From the human T2T-CHM13v2.0 reference genome, Homo sapiens: a stretch of DNA of 64,000 nucleotides. Positions 1 to 15,059 of the stretch are shown one piece after another. The first letter of the stretch is position 1. The number at the start of each line of letters is the position of its first letter. Below the pieces are notes generated by a model. That model saw only the letters and a list, made by a program, of their open reading frames with translations, was not told where the DNA came from and ran no database searches. The stretch lies in NCBI RefSeq assembly GCF_009914755.1, contig NC_060933.1. One strand, given 5' to 3'. The position numbers were made by a program, and so were the translations under genes.

Positions 1-77
1 ACGGAACGGAATGGAATGGAATGGAATGGAATCAACGCGAGTGCAGGGGAATGGAATGGAATGGAATGCAATGGAAT

Positions 78-92
78 GGAATCTTCCGGAAT
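78..92 (+). promoter_or_regulatory. Perfect heat-shock element (nGAAnnTTCnnGAAn); first of ~35 copies in the window
   Basis: G-GAA-TC-TTC-CG-GAA-T matches the canonical HSF1 trimer site exactly. This is a motif match only; binding is not shown. Confidence 0.6.
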
Positions 93-1344
93 GGAATGGA
101 ATGGAATGGAATGGAATGAAATGCAATGGATTCAACTCGATTGCAATGGAATGGAATAGAATGGAATGGAATGGAATGGAATGGAATTAATCCGAATAGA
201 ATGGAATGGAATGCAATGGAACGGAATGGAACGGAATGGAATGGAATGGAATGGAATGGAATTGTATGGAATGGAATGGAATGGTACGGAATAGAATGGA
301 ATGGAACGAATTGTAATGGAATGGAATTGAATGGAATGGAATGGAATGGAATGGAATCAACGCGAGTGCAGGGGAATGTAATGGAAAGGAATGCAATGGA
401 ATGGAATCATCCGGAATAGAATGGAATGGAATGGAATGGAATGGAATCAACCCGAGTGCAATGGAATGGAGTGGAATGGAATGGAATGGAATGGAACAAC
501 CAGAATGGAATGGAATGTAATGGAGAGTAAGGGAGTTGAATAGAATCAATCCGAATGTAATGGAATGGAATGCAACGGAATGGAATGGAATGGAATGGAA
601 TGGAATGCAATGGAATTGAATCAACCCGAGTACAATGGAATGGAATGGAATGGAATGGAATGCAATGGAATGGAATGGAATGGAATGATACGGAATAGAA
701 TGGAATGGAACGAAATGGAATGGAATGGAATGGAATGGAATGGAATGGAATGGAATGGAATCAACCCGAGTGCAGGGGAATGGAATGGAATGGAATGCAA
801 TGGAATGGAATCATCCGGAATGGAATGGAATGGAATGGAATGCAAAGCAATGGAATCAACTCGATTGCAATGGAATGGAATGGAATGGAAAGGAATACAT
901 TGGAATCAACCCGAGTGGAATGGAATGGAAAGGACTGGAATGGAGTGGAAAGGAATGGAATGGAATGGAATGGAATCAACTCGATTGGAATGGAATGGAA
1001 TGGAATGGAATGGAATTAACCCGAATAGAATGGAATGGAATGGAACGGAACGGAACGGAATGGAATGGAATGGAATGGAATGGAATGGAATGGAATCAAC
1101 CCGACTTCAGGGGAATGGAATGGAATGGAAGGCAATGGAATGGATTCAACTTGAATGGAATGGAAAGAATGGAATCAACACGAGTGGAATGGCATGGATT
1201 GGAATGGAATGGAATGGAATCAACCCGAGTACAGGGGAATGGAATGGAATGGAATGCAATGGAATGGAATCATCCGTAATGGAATGGAAAGGAATGGAAT
1301 GGAATGGAATGGAATGTTATGGAATGGAATGGAATGGAATCAAC

Positions 1345-1358
1345 TCGATTGCAATCGA
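1345..1358. repeat. Perfect 14-bp palindrome TCGATTGCAATCGA (recurrent module)
   Basis: It is self-reverse-complementary and recurs in both arms (e.g. ~5475, ~7459, ~10285, ~12261, ~18489, ~24196, ~35667, ~46991, ~57536). Confidence 0.9.
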
Positions 1359-4300
1359 ATGGAATGGAATGGAATTAACCCGAATAGAATGGAATGGAAT
1401 GGAATGGAACGGAACGGAACGGAACGGAACGGAGTGGAATGGAATGGAATGGAATTGTATGGAATGGAATGGCATGGTACGGAATAGAATGGAATGGAAA
1501 GAATTGGAATGGAATTCCATGGAATGGAATGGAATGGAATGGAATGGAATGGAATGGAATGGAATCAACCCGAGTGCAATGGAATGGAGAGGAATGGAAT
1601 GGAATGGAATGGAAACTACCCGAATGGAATGGAATGTAATGGAGTGTAAGGGAATTGAATAGAATGAATCCGAATGGAATGGAATGGAATGGAATGGAAT
1701 GGAATGGAATGGAATGCAATGCCATGGAATCAACCCGAGTGCAATCGAATGGAATCGAATGGAATGGAATGCAATGGAATGGATTCAACTTGAATGGAAT
1801 GGAAAGAATGGAATCAACACGAGTGGAATGGCATGGATTGGAATAGAATGGAATGGAATCAACCCGAGTACAGGGGAATGGAATGGAATGGAATGAAATG
1901 GAATGGAATCATCCGAAATGTAATGGAAAGGAATGGAATGGAATGGAATGGAATGGAATGGAGTGTAATGGAATCAACTCGATTGCAATCGAATGGAATG
2001 GAATGGAATGGAACGGAACGGAATGGAATGGAATGGAATGGAAAGGAATGGAATGGAATGGAACGGATCGGAATGGAATGGAATGGAATGGAATGGAATG
2101 GAATGGAATGGAATGGAATCAACGCGAGTGTAGGGGAATGGAAAGGAATGGAATGCAATGGAATGGAATCTTCCGGAATGGAATGGAATGGAATGGAATA
2201 GAATGGAATGGAATGGAATGGAATGGAATCAACCCGAGTACAGGGGAATGGAATGGAAAGTAATGCAATGGAATGGAATCATCCGTAATGGAATGGAATG
2301 GAATGGAATGGAATGGAATGGAATGGAATGGAATGGAATGGAATGGAATGGAATCGACTCGATTGCAATCGAATGGAATGGAATGGAATTAACCCGAATA
2401 GAATGGAATGGAATAGAACGGAAAGGAACGGAAAGGAATGGAATGGAATGGAGTGGAACGGAATGGAAGGGAATGGAATGGAATAGAATGGAATGGAATG
2501 GAATGGAATCAACGCGAGTGCAGGGGAATGCAATGGAATGGAATGCAATGGAATGGAATCTTCTGGAATGGAATGTAATGGAATGGAATGGAATGCAATG
2601 GATTCAACTCGATTGCAATAGAATGGAATAGAATGGAATGGAATGGAATGGAATGGGATTAACCCGAATAGATTGGAATGGAATGGAATGGAACGGAATG
2701 GAACGGAACGGAACGGAACGGAATGGAATGGAATGGAATGGAATGGAATGGAATTGTATGGAATGGAATGGAATGGTACGGAATAGAATGGAATGGAAAG
2801 AATTGGAATGGAATGGAATCGAATGGAATGGAATGGAATGGAATGGAACGGAACGGAACGGAACGGAACGGAATGGAATGGAATGGAACGGAAAGGAATG
2901 GAATGGAATGGAATGGAATGGAATGGAATGGAATGGAATCAACGCGAGTGCAGGGGAATGGAATGGAATGGAATGCAATGGAATAGAATCTTCCGGAATG
3001 GAATGCAATGGAATGGAATGGAATGGAATTAACCCGAATACAATGGAATGGAATGGAATGGAACGGAATGGAGTGAAATGGAATGGAATAAACCCGAGTG
3101 CAGGGGAATGGAATGGAATGGAATGCAATGGAATGGAATAATCCGGAATGGAATGGAATGGAATGGAATGCAAAGCAATGGAATCAACTCGATTGCAATG
3201 GAATGGAATGGAATGGAAAGGAATACATTGGAATCAACCCGAGTGGAATGGAATGGAAAGGACTGGAATGAAGTGGAATGGAATGGAATGGAAAGGAATG
3301 GTATCAACTCGATTGGAATGGAATGGAATGGAATGGAATGGAATGGAATGGAATTAACCCGAATAGAATGGAATGGAATGGAATGGAACGGAATGGAATG
3401 GAATGGAATGGAATGGAATGGAATCAACCCGACTGCAGGGGAATGGAATGGAATGGAATGCAATGGAATGGATTCAACTTGAATGGAATGGAAAGAATGG
3501 AATCAACACGAGTGGAAGAGCATGGATTGGAATGCAATGGAATGGAATCAACCCGAGTATAGGGGAATGGAATGGAATGGAATGCAATGGAATGGAATCA
3601 TCCGTAATGGAATGGAAAGGAACGGAATGGAATGGAATGGAATGGAATGGAATGGAATGGAATGGAATGGAATGGTATGGAATGGAATGGAATGGTACGG
3701 AATAGAATGGAATGGAACGAATTGTAATGGAATGGAATTGAATGGAATGGAATGGAATGGAATGGAATCAACGCGAGTGCAGGGGAATGTAATGGAACGG
3801 AATGCAATGGAATGGAATCATCCGGAATGGAATGGAATGGAAAGGAATGGAATGGAATGGAATCAACCCGAATGCAATGGAATGGAGTGGAATGGAATGG
3901 AATGGAATGGAACAACCCGAATGGAATGGAATGTAATGGACAGTAAGGGAGTTGAATAGAATCAATCCGAATGTAATGGAATGGAATGCAACGGAATGGA
4001 ATGGAATGGAATGGAATGGAATGGCATGCAAAGGAATGGAATCAACCCGAGTGGAATGGCATGGAATGGAATGCAATGGAATGGAATGGAATGGAATCAA
4101 CTCGAGTGGAAAGGAATGGAATGGAATGGAAAGGAATGGAATGAAGTCAACTCGAGTGGAATGGAATGGAATGGAATGGATTGGAATGGATTGCAATGGC
4201 ATGAAATGGAATGGAATGGAATGGAATCAATCATTCCGAGTGGAATGGAAGGGAATGTAATAGAGTGGAAAGAAGGGAATGGAATCAACCCGAGTGGAAT

Positions 4301-6446
4301 GCAAGGCAATGGAATGGAATGGAAAGGAATGGAATGGAATCAACTCGATTGCAATGGAATGGAATGGAATGCAATGGAATTAACCGGAATAGAATGGAAT
4401 GGAATGGAATGGAACGGAATGGAATGGAATGGAAGGGAATGGAATCAACACGAGTGCAGGGGAATGGAATGGAATGGAATGCAATGGAATGGAATCATCC
4501 GGAATGGAATGGAATGGAATGGAATCAACTCCATTGCAATGGAATGGAATGGAATGGAATGGAATAGAGTGGAATGGAATTAACCCGAATAGAATGGAAT
4601 GCAATAGAATGGAATGCAACGGAACCGAATGGAGTGGAATGGAATGGAATGGAATGGAATGGAATGGAATGGAATCAACTCGATGGCAATCGAATGGAAT
4701 GGAATGGAATTAACCCGAATATAATGGAATGGAATGGAATGGAACGGAACGGAATGGAATGGAATGGAATGGAATGGAACGGAACGGAATGGAATGGAAT
4801 GGAATGGAATGGAATGGAATCAACGCGAGTGCAGGGGAATGGAATGGAATGGAATGCAATGGGTTGGAAATTTCCGGAATGGAATGGAATGGAATGGAAT
4901 GGAATGAAAGGCAATGGATTCAACTCGATTGCAATGGAATGGAATAGAATGGAATGGAATGGAATGGAATGGAATGGAATTGAATGGAATGGAATGCCTT
5001 CAAACCGAATTGAATGGAAAGGAATGGAATCAACACGAGTGGAAAGGAATGGAATGGAAAGGAATGGAATGGAATGGAATCAACCCGAGTGCAATGGAAT
5101 GGATTCCAATGGAAAGGAATGGAATGGAATGGATTCAACAAGAATGGAATGGAAAGGAATGGAATCAACACGAGTGTAATGGCATGGAATGGAAGGGAAT
5201 GGAATGGGATGGAATGGAATGGTACGGAATAGAATGGAATGGAATGAAATGGAATGGAATGGAATGGAATGGAATGGAATGGAATGGAATGAACCTGTGT
5301 GCAATGGAATGGAATGGAATGGATTCAAGTCGAATGGAATCAACTCGATTGCAATGGAATGGAATGGAATTGAAAGGAATAGAATGGAATCATCCCGAGT
5401 GGAATGGAATGGAAAGGACTGGAATGGAGTGGAATGGAATGGAATGGAATGGAATGGAATGGAATGGAATCAACTCGATTGCAATCGAATGGAATTGAAT
5501 GGAATTAACCCGAGTGCAGGGGAATGGAATGGAATGGAATGCAATGGAATGGAATCATCCGGAATCGAATGGAATGCAATGGAATGGAATGGAATGGAAT
5601 GGAATGGAATGGAATCAACTCGATTTCAATGGAATGGAATGGAATAGAATGGAATGGAATTAACACGAATAGAATGGAATGGAATGGAATTGAATGGAAC
5701 AGAAAGGAATGGAATGGAATGGAATGGAATCAACCCAAGTGCAGTGGAATGGAATGGAATGGAATTCAATGGAATGGAATCATCCGGAATGGAATGGAAT
5801 GGAATGGAATGGAATGGAATCAACCCGAGTGCAATGGAATGGAGAGGAATGGAATGGAATGGAATGGAAACTACACGAATCGAATGGAATGTAATGGAGT
5901 GTAAGGGAATTGAATAGAATGAATCTGAATGGAATGGAATGGAATGGAATCAACGCGAGTGCAGGGGAATGGAATGTAATGGAATGCAATGGAATGGAAT
6001 CTTCCGTAATGGAATGGAATGGAATGGAATGCAATGGATTCAACTCGATTGCAATGGAATGGAATAGAATGCAATGGAATGGAATGGAATGGAATTAACC
6101 AGAATAGAATGGAATGGAATGGAACGGAATGGAACGGAACGGAATGGAATGGAATGGAATGGAATGGAATGGAATGGAATGGAATGGAATGGAATGGAAT
6201 GGTGGGGAATGGAATGGAATGGAATGGAATCAACGCGAGTGCAGGGGAATGTAATGGAACAGAATGTAATGGAATGGAATCATCCGGAATGGAATGGAAT
6301 GGAATGGAATGGAATGGAATGGAATGCAATTGAATGGAATCAACCCGACTACAATGGAATGGAATGGAATGGAATGGAATGGAATGGAATGGAATGGAAT
6401 GGAATGGCTTCAAACCGAATGGAATGGAAAGGAATGGAATCAACAC

Positions 6447-9400
6447 GAGTGGAATGGAATGGAATGGAATGGAATGCAATCGAATGGAATGGAATGGTAT
6501 GGAATAGAATGGAATGGAAAGAAATGGAATGCAATGGAATGGAATGGAATGGAATGGAATGGAATGGAATCGTTCCGAGTGGAATAGGAGGGAATGTATT
6601 CGAGTGGATTGGAAAGGAATGGAATCAACCAGAGTGGAATGCAAGGGAATGGAATGGAATGGAAACTAATAGAATGGAATCAACCCGAGTGGAATGGAAT
6701 GGAAAGGACTGGAATGGAATGGAATGGAATGGAATGAAATGGAATCAACTCGATTGTAATGGAATGGAATGGAATGGAATGGAATGGAATGGAATGGAAT
6801 GGAATTAACCCAAATACAATGGAATGGAATGGAATGGAACGGAATGGAGTGGAATGGAATGGAATCAACCCGAGTGCAGGGGAATGGAATGGAATGGAAT
6901 GCAATGGAATGGAATCATCCGGAATGGAATGGAATGGAATGGAATGCAAAGCAATGGAATCAACTCGATTGCAATGGAATGGAATGGACTGGAAAGGAAT
7001 ACATTGGAATCAACCCGAGTGGAATGGAATGGAAATGACTGGAATGGAGTGGAATGGAATGGAATGGAATGGAATGGAATCAACTCGATTGGAATGGAAT
7101 GGAATGGAATGGAATGGAATGGAATGGAATTAACCCGAATAGAATGGAATGGAATTAAATGGAACGGAACGGAATGAAATGGAATGGAAGGGAATGGAAT
7201 GGAATGGAATGGAATCAACCCGACTGCAGGGGAATGGAATGGAATGGAATGCAATGGAATGGATTCAACTTGAATGGAATGGAAAGAATGGAATCAACAC
7301 GAGTAGAATGGCATGGATTGGAATGGAATGGAATGGAATGAACCCGAGTACAGGGGAATGGAATGGAATGGAATGCAATGGAATGGAATCATCCGTAATG
7401 GAATGGAAAGGAATGGAATGGAATGGAAGGGAATGGAATGGAATGGAATGGAATCAACTCGATTGCAATCGAATGGAATGGAATGGAATTAACCTGAATA
7501 GAATGGAATGGAATGGAATGGAATGGAACGGAATCAACCCGAGTGCAATGGAATGGAGTGGAATGGAATGGAATGGAATGGAACAACCCTAATGGAATGG
7601 AATGTAATGGAGAGTAAGGGAGTTGAATAGAATCATTCCGAATGTAATGGAATGGAATGGAACGGAATGGAATGGAATGGAATGGAATGGAATGGAATGG
7701 AATGGAATCAACAAGAGTGCAATCGAATGGAATCGAATGGAATGCAATGCAATGGAATGGATTCAACTTGAATGGAATGGAAAGAATGGAATCAACACGA
7801 GTGGAATGGCATGGATTGGAATGGAATGGAATGGAATCAACCCGAGTACAGGGGAATGGAATGGAATGGAATGCAATGGAATGGAATCATCCGTAATGGA
7901 ATGGAAAGGAATGGAATGGAATGGAATGGAATGGAATGGAATGGAATGGAATGGAATCAACTCGATTGCAATCGAATGGAATGGAATGGAATTACCCGAA
8001 TAGAATGGAAAGGAATGGAATGGAACGGAACGGAATGGAATGGAATGGAATGGAATGGAATGGAACGGAACGGAACGGAACGGAATGGAATGGAATGGAT
8101 TGGAATGGAATGGAATCAACGCGAGTGTAGGGGAATGGAATGGAATGGAATGCAATGGAATGGAATCTTCCGGAATGGAATGGAATGGAATGGAATGAAA
8201 TGCAATGGACTCAACTCGATTGCAATGGAATGGAATAGAATGGAATGGAATGGAATGGAATGGAATTAACCCGAATAGAATGGAATGGAATGGAATGGAA
8301 AGGAATGGAACGGAATGGAATGGAATGGAATAGAATGGAATGGAATGGAATGGTATGGAATGGAATGGAATAGTACGGAATAGAATGGAATGGAACGAAT
8401 TGTAATGGAATGGAACTGAATGGAATGGAATGGAATGGAATGGAATCAACGCGAGTGCAGGGGAATGTAATGGAACGGAATGCAATGGAATGGAATCATC
8501 CGGAATGGAATGGAATGGAATGGAATGGAATGCAATGGAATGGAAACAACCCGAGTACAATGGAATGGAATGGAATGGAATGGAATGGAATGGAATGGAA
8601 TGCAATGGAATGGAATGGAATGGAATTGAATGGATTGGAATGCCTTCAAACCGAATGGAATGGAAAGGAATGCAATCAACACGAGTGGAATGGAATGGAA
8701 TGGAAAGGAATAGAATGGAATGGAATGGTACGGAATAGAATGGAATGGAACGAAATGGAATGGAATGGAATGGAATAGAATGGAATCGTTCAGAGTGGAA
8801 TAGGAGGGAACGTATTCGAGTGGAATGGAAAGGAATGGAATCAACCAGAGTGGAATGGAAGGGAATGGAATGGAATGGAAACTAATAGAATGGAATCAAC
8901 CCGAGTGGAATGGAATGGAAATGACTGGAATGGAATGGAATGGAATGGAATGGAATGGAATGGAATGGAATCAACTCGATTGTAATGGATTGGAATGGAA
9001 TGGAATTGAATGGAATGGAATGGAATTAACCCGAATAAAACGGAATGGAATGGAATGGAACGGAATGGAGTGGAATGGAATGGAATCAACCCGAGTGCAG
9101 GGGAATGGAATGGAATGGAATGCAATGGAATGGAATCATCCGGAATGGAATGCAATGGAATGGAATGCAAAGCAATGGAATCAACTCGATTGCAATGGAA
9201 TGGAATGGAATGGAAAGGAATACATTGGAATCAACCCGAGTGGAATGGAATGGAAAGGACTGGAATGGAGTGGAATGGAATGGAATGGAATGGAATGCAA
9301 TCGAATGGAATGGAATGGTATGGAATAGAATGGAATGGAAAGAAATGGAATGCAATGGAATGGAATGGAATGGAATGGAATGGAATGGAATCGTTCCGAG

Positions 9401-12400
9401 TGGAATAGGAGGGAATGTATTCGAGTGGATTGGAAAGGAATGGAATCAACCAGAGTGGAATGGAAGGGAATGGAATGGAATGGAAACTAATAGAATGGAA
9501 TCAACCCGAGTGGAATGGAATGGAAAGGACTGGAATGGAATGGAATGGAATGGAATGAAATGGAATCAACTCGATTGTAATGGAATGGAATGGAATGGAA
9601 TGGAATGGAATGGAATGGAATGGAATGGAATTAACCCAAATACAATGGAATGGAATGGAATGGAACGGAATGGAGTGGAATGGAATGGAATCAACCCGAG
9701 TGCAGGGGAATGGAATGGAATGGAATGCAATGGAATGGAATCATCCGGAATGGAATGGAATGGAATGGAATGCAAAGCAATGGAATCAACTCGATTGCAA
9801 TGGAATGGAATGGACTGGAAAGGAATACATTGGAATCAACCCGAGTGGAATGGAATGGAAATGACTGGAATGGAGTGGAATGGAATGGAATGGAATGGAA
9901 TGGAATCAACTCGATTGGAATGGAATGGAATGGAATGGAATGGAATGGAATGGAATTAACCCGAATAGAATGGAATGGAATTAAATGGAACGGAACGGAA
10001 TGAAATGGAATGGAAGGGAATGGAGTGGAATGGAATGGAATCAACCCGACTGCAGGGGAATGGAATGGAATGGAATGCAATGGAATGGATTCAACTTGAA
10101 TGGAATGGAAAGAATGGAATCAACACGAGTAGAATGGCATGGATTGGAATGGAATGGAATGGAATGAACCCGAGTACAGGGGAATGGAATGGAATGGAAT
10201 GCAATGGAATGGAATCATCCGTAATGGAATGGAAAGGAATGGAATGGAATGGAAGGGAATGGAATGGAATGGAATGGAATCAACTCGATTGCAATCGAAT
10301 GGAATGGAATGGAATTAACCTGAATAGAATGGAATGGAATGGAATGGAATGGAACGGAATCAACCCGAGTGCAATGGAATGGAGTGGAATGGAATGGAAT
10401 GGAATGGAACAACCCTAATGGAATGGAATGTAATGGAGAGTAAGGGAGTTGAATAGAATCATTCCGAATGTAATGGAATGGAATGGAACGGAATGGAATG
10501 GAATGGAATGGAATGGAATGGAATGGAATGGAATCAACAAGAGTGCAATCGAATGGAATCGAATGGAATGCAATGCAATGGAATGGATTCAACTTGAATG
10601 GAATGGAAAGAATGGAATCAACACGAGTGGAATGGCATGGATTGGAATGGAATGGAATGGAATCAACCCGAGTACAGGGGAATGGAATGGAATGGAATGC
10701 AATGGAATGGAATCATCCGTAATGGAATGGAAAGGAATGGAATGGAATGGAATGGAATGGAATGGAATGGAATCAACTCGATTGCAATCGAATGGAATGG
10801 AATGGAATTACCCGAATAGAATGGAAAGGAATGGAATGGAACGGAACGGAATGGAATGGAATGGAATGGAATGGAATGGAACGGAACGGAACGGAACGGA
10901 ATGGAATGGAATGGATTGGAATGGAATGGAATCAACGCGAGTGTAGGGGAATGGAATGGAATGGAATGCAATGGAATGGAATCTTCCGGAATGGAATGGA
11001 ATGGAATGGAATGAAATGCAATGGACTCAACTCGATTGCAATGGAATGGAATAGAATGGAATGGAATGGATTGGAATGGAATTAACCCGAATAGAATGGA
11101 ATGGAATGGAATGGAAAGGAATGGAACGGAATGGAATGGAATGGAATGCAAAGCAATGGAATCAACTCGATTGCAATGGAATGGAATGGAATGGAAAGGA
11201 ATACATTGGAATCAACCCGAGTGGAATGGAATGGAAAGGACTGGAATGGAGTGGAATGGAATGGAATGGAATGGAATGCAATCGAATGGAATGGAATGGT
11301 ATGGAATAGAATGGAATGGAAAGAAATGGAATGCAATGGAATGGAATGGAATGGAATGGAATGGAATGGAATCGTTCCGAGTGGAATAGGAGGGAATGTA
11401 TTCGAGTGGATTGGAAAGGAATGGAATCAACCAGAGTGGAATGGAAGGGAATGGAATGGAATGGAAACTAATAGAATGGAATCAACCCGAGTGCAATGGA
11501 ATGGAAAGGACTGGAATGGAATGGAATGGAATGGAATGAAATGGAATCAACTCGATTGTAATGGAATGGAATGGAATGGAATGGAATGGAATGGAATGGA
11601 ATGGAATTAACCCAAATACAATGGAATGGAATGGAATGGAACGGAATGGAGTGGAATGGAATGGAATCAACCCGAGTGCAGGGGAATGGAATGGAATGGA
11701 ATGCAATGGAATGGAATCATCCGGAATGGAATGGAATGGAATGGAATGCAAAGCAATGGAATCAACTCGATTGCAATGGAATGGAATGGACTGGAAAGGA
11801 ATACATTGGAATCAACCCGAGTGGAATGGAATGGAAATGACTGGAATGGAGTGGAATGGAATGGAATGGAATGGAATGGAATCAACTCGATTGGAATGGA
11901 ATGGAATGGAATGGAATGGAATGGAATGGAATTAACCCGAATAGAATGGAATGGAATTAAATGGAATGGAACGGAATGAAATGGAATGGAAGGGAATGGA
12001 GTGGAATGGAATGGAATCAACCCGACTGCAGGGGAATGGAATGGAATGGAATGCAATGGAATGGATTCAACTTGAATGGAATGGAAAGAATGGAATCAAC
12101 ACGAGTAGAATGGCATGGATTGGAATGGAATGGAATGGAATGAACCCGAGTACAGGGGAATGGAATGGAATGGAATGCAATGGAATGGAATCATCCGTAA
12201 TGGAATGGAAAGGAATGGAATGGAATGGAAGGGAATGGAATGGAATGGAATGGAATCAACTCGATTGCAATCGAATGGAATGGAATGGAATTAACCTGAA
12301 TAGAATGGAATGGAATGGAATGGAATGGAACGGAATCAACCCGAGTGCAATGGAATGGAGTGGAATGGAATGGAATGGAATGGAACAACCCTAATGGAAT

Positions 12401-13774
12401 GGAATGTAATGGAGAGTAAGGGAGTTGAATAGAATCATTCCGAATGTAATGGAATGGAATGGAACGGAATGGAATGGAATGGAATGGAATGGAATGGAAT
12501 GGAATGGAATCAACAAGAGTGCAATCGAATGGAATCGAATGGAATGCAATGCAATGGAATGGATTCAACTTGAATGGAATGGAAAGAATGGAATCAACAC
12601 GAGTGGAATGGCATGGATTGGAATGGAATGGAATGGAATCAACCCGAGTACAGGGGAATGGAATGGAATGGAATGCAATTGAATGGAATCATCCGTAATG
12701 GAATGGAAAGGAATGGAATGGAATGGAATGGAATGGAATGGAATGGAATCAACTCGATTGCAATCGAATGGAATGGAATGGAATTACCCGAATAGAATGG
12801 AAAGGAATGGAATGGAACGGAACGGAATGGAATGGAATGGAGTGGAATGGAATGGAACGGAACGGAACGGAACGGAATGGAATGGAATGGATTGGAATGG
12901 AATGGAATCAAAGCGAGTGTAGGGGAATGGAATGGAATGGAATGCAATGGAATGGAATCTTCCGGAATGGAATGGAATGGAATGGAATGAAATGCAATGG
13001 ACTCAACTCGATTGCAATGGAATGGAATAGAATGGAATGGAATGGATTGGAATGGAATTAACCCGAATAGAATGGAATGGAATGGAATGGAAAGGAATGG
13101 AACGGAATGGAATGGAATGGAATAGAATGGAATGGAATGGAATGGTATGGAATGGAATGGAATAGTACGGAATAGAATGGAATGGAACGAATTGTAATGG
13201 AATGGAACTGAATGGAATGGAATGGAATGGAATGGAATCAACGCGAGTGCAGGGGAATGTAATGGAACGGAATGCAATGGAATGGAATCATCCGGAATGG
13301 AATGGAATGGAATGGAATGGAATGCAATGGAATGGAATCAACCCGAGTACAATGGAATGGAATGGAATGGAATGGAATGGAATGGAATGGAATGCAATGG
13401 AATGGAATGGAATGGAATTGAATGGATTGGAATGCCTTCAAACCGAATGGAATGGAAAGGAATGCAATCAACACGAGTGGAATGGAATGGAATGGAAAGG
13501 AATGGAATGGAATGGAATGGTACGGAATAGAATGGAATGGAACGAAATGGAATGGAATGGAATGGAATAGAATGGAATCGTTCAGAGTGGAATAGGAGGG
13601 AACGTATTCGAGTGGAATGGAAAGGAATGGAATCAACCAGAGTGGAATGGAAGGGAATGGAATGGAATGGAAACTAATAGAATGGAATCAACCCGAGTGG
13701 AATGGAATGGAAATGACTGGAATGGAATGGAATGGAATGGAATGGAATGGAATGGAATGGAATCAACTCGATTG
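6447..13774 (+). repeat. Recent tandem triplication: copies ~6447-9267 (2.82 kb), ~9268-11248 (1.98 kb, internally deleted), ~11249-13774 (partial)
   Basis: Private variants recur at offsets of ~2821-2826 and ~1976-1981: GAACAACCCTAATGG (~7581, ~10407, ~12383) and TTCGAGTGGATTGG (~6599, ~9420, ~11401). ORF translations at 6824, 9650 and 11626 are identical. Confidence 0.9.
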
Positions 13775-15059
13775 CAATCGAATGGAATGGAAGGGAATTA
13801 ACCCGAATAGAATGGAATGGAATGGAATGGAATGGAATGGAATGGAATGCAATGGAATGGAATCAACCCGAGTGCAATCGAATGGAATCGAATGGAATGG
13901 AATGCAATGGAATGGATTCAACTTGAATGGAATGGAAAGAATGGAATCAACACGAGTGGAATGGCATGGATTGGAATGCAATGGAATGGAATCAACCCGA
14001 GTACAGGGGAATGGAATGGAATGGAATGCAATGGAATGGAATCATCCGTAATGGAATGGAAAGGAATGGAATTGAATGGAATGGAATGGAATGGAATGGA
14101 ATGGAATGGAAAGGAATGGAGTCAACTCGATTGCAATCGAATGGAATGGAATGGAATTAACCCGAATAGAATGGAATGGAATGGAATGGAACGGAACGGA
14201 ATAGAATGGAATGGAATGGAACGGAACGGAATGGAATGGAATGGAATGGAATGGAATCAACGCGAGTGCAGGGGAATGGAATGGAATGGAATGCAATGGA
14301 ATGGAAACTTCCGGAATGGAATGGAATGGAATGAAATGCAATGGATTCAACTCGATTGCAATGGAATGGAATAGAATGGAATGGAATGGAATGGAATGGA
14401 ATTAATCCGAATAGAATGGAATGGAATGGAATGGAACGGAATGGAACGGAATGGAATGGAATGGAATGGAATGGAATGGAATGGTATGGAATGGAATGGA
14501 ATGGTACGGAATAGAATGGAATGGAACGAAATGTAATGGAATGGAATTGAATGGAATGGAATGGAATGGAATGGAATCAACGCGAGTGCAGGGGAATGTT
14601 ATGGAACGGAATGCAATGGAATGGAATCATCCGGAATGGAATGGAATGGAATGGAATGGAATGGAATCAACACGAGTGCAATGGAATGGAGTGGAATGGA
14701 ATGGAATGGAATGGAACAACCCGAATGGAATGGAATGTAATGGAGAGTAAGGGAGTTGAATAGAATCAATCCGAATGTAATGGAATGGAATGCAACGGAA
14801 TGGAATGTAATGGAATGGAATGGAATGCAATGGAATGGAATCAACCCGAGTACAATGGAATGGAATGGAATGGAATGGAATGGAATGGAATGATACGGAA
14901 TAGAATGGAATGGAACGAAATGGAATGGAATGGAATGGAATGGAATGGAATGGAATGGAATGGAATCGTTCCGAGTGGAATAGGAGGGAATGTATTCGAG
15001 TGGAATGGAAAGGAATGGAATCAACCAGAGTGGAATGGAAGGGAATGGAATGGAATGGA

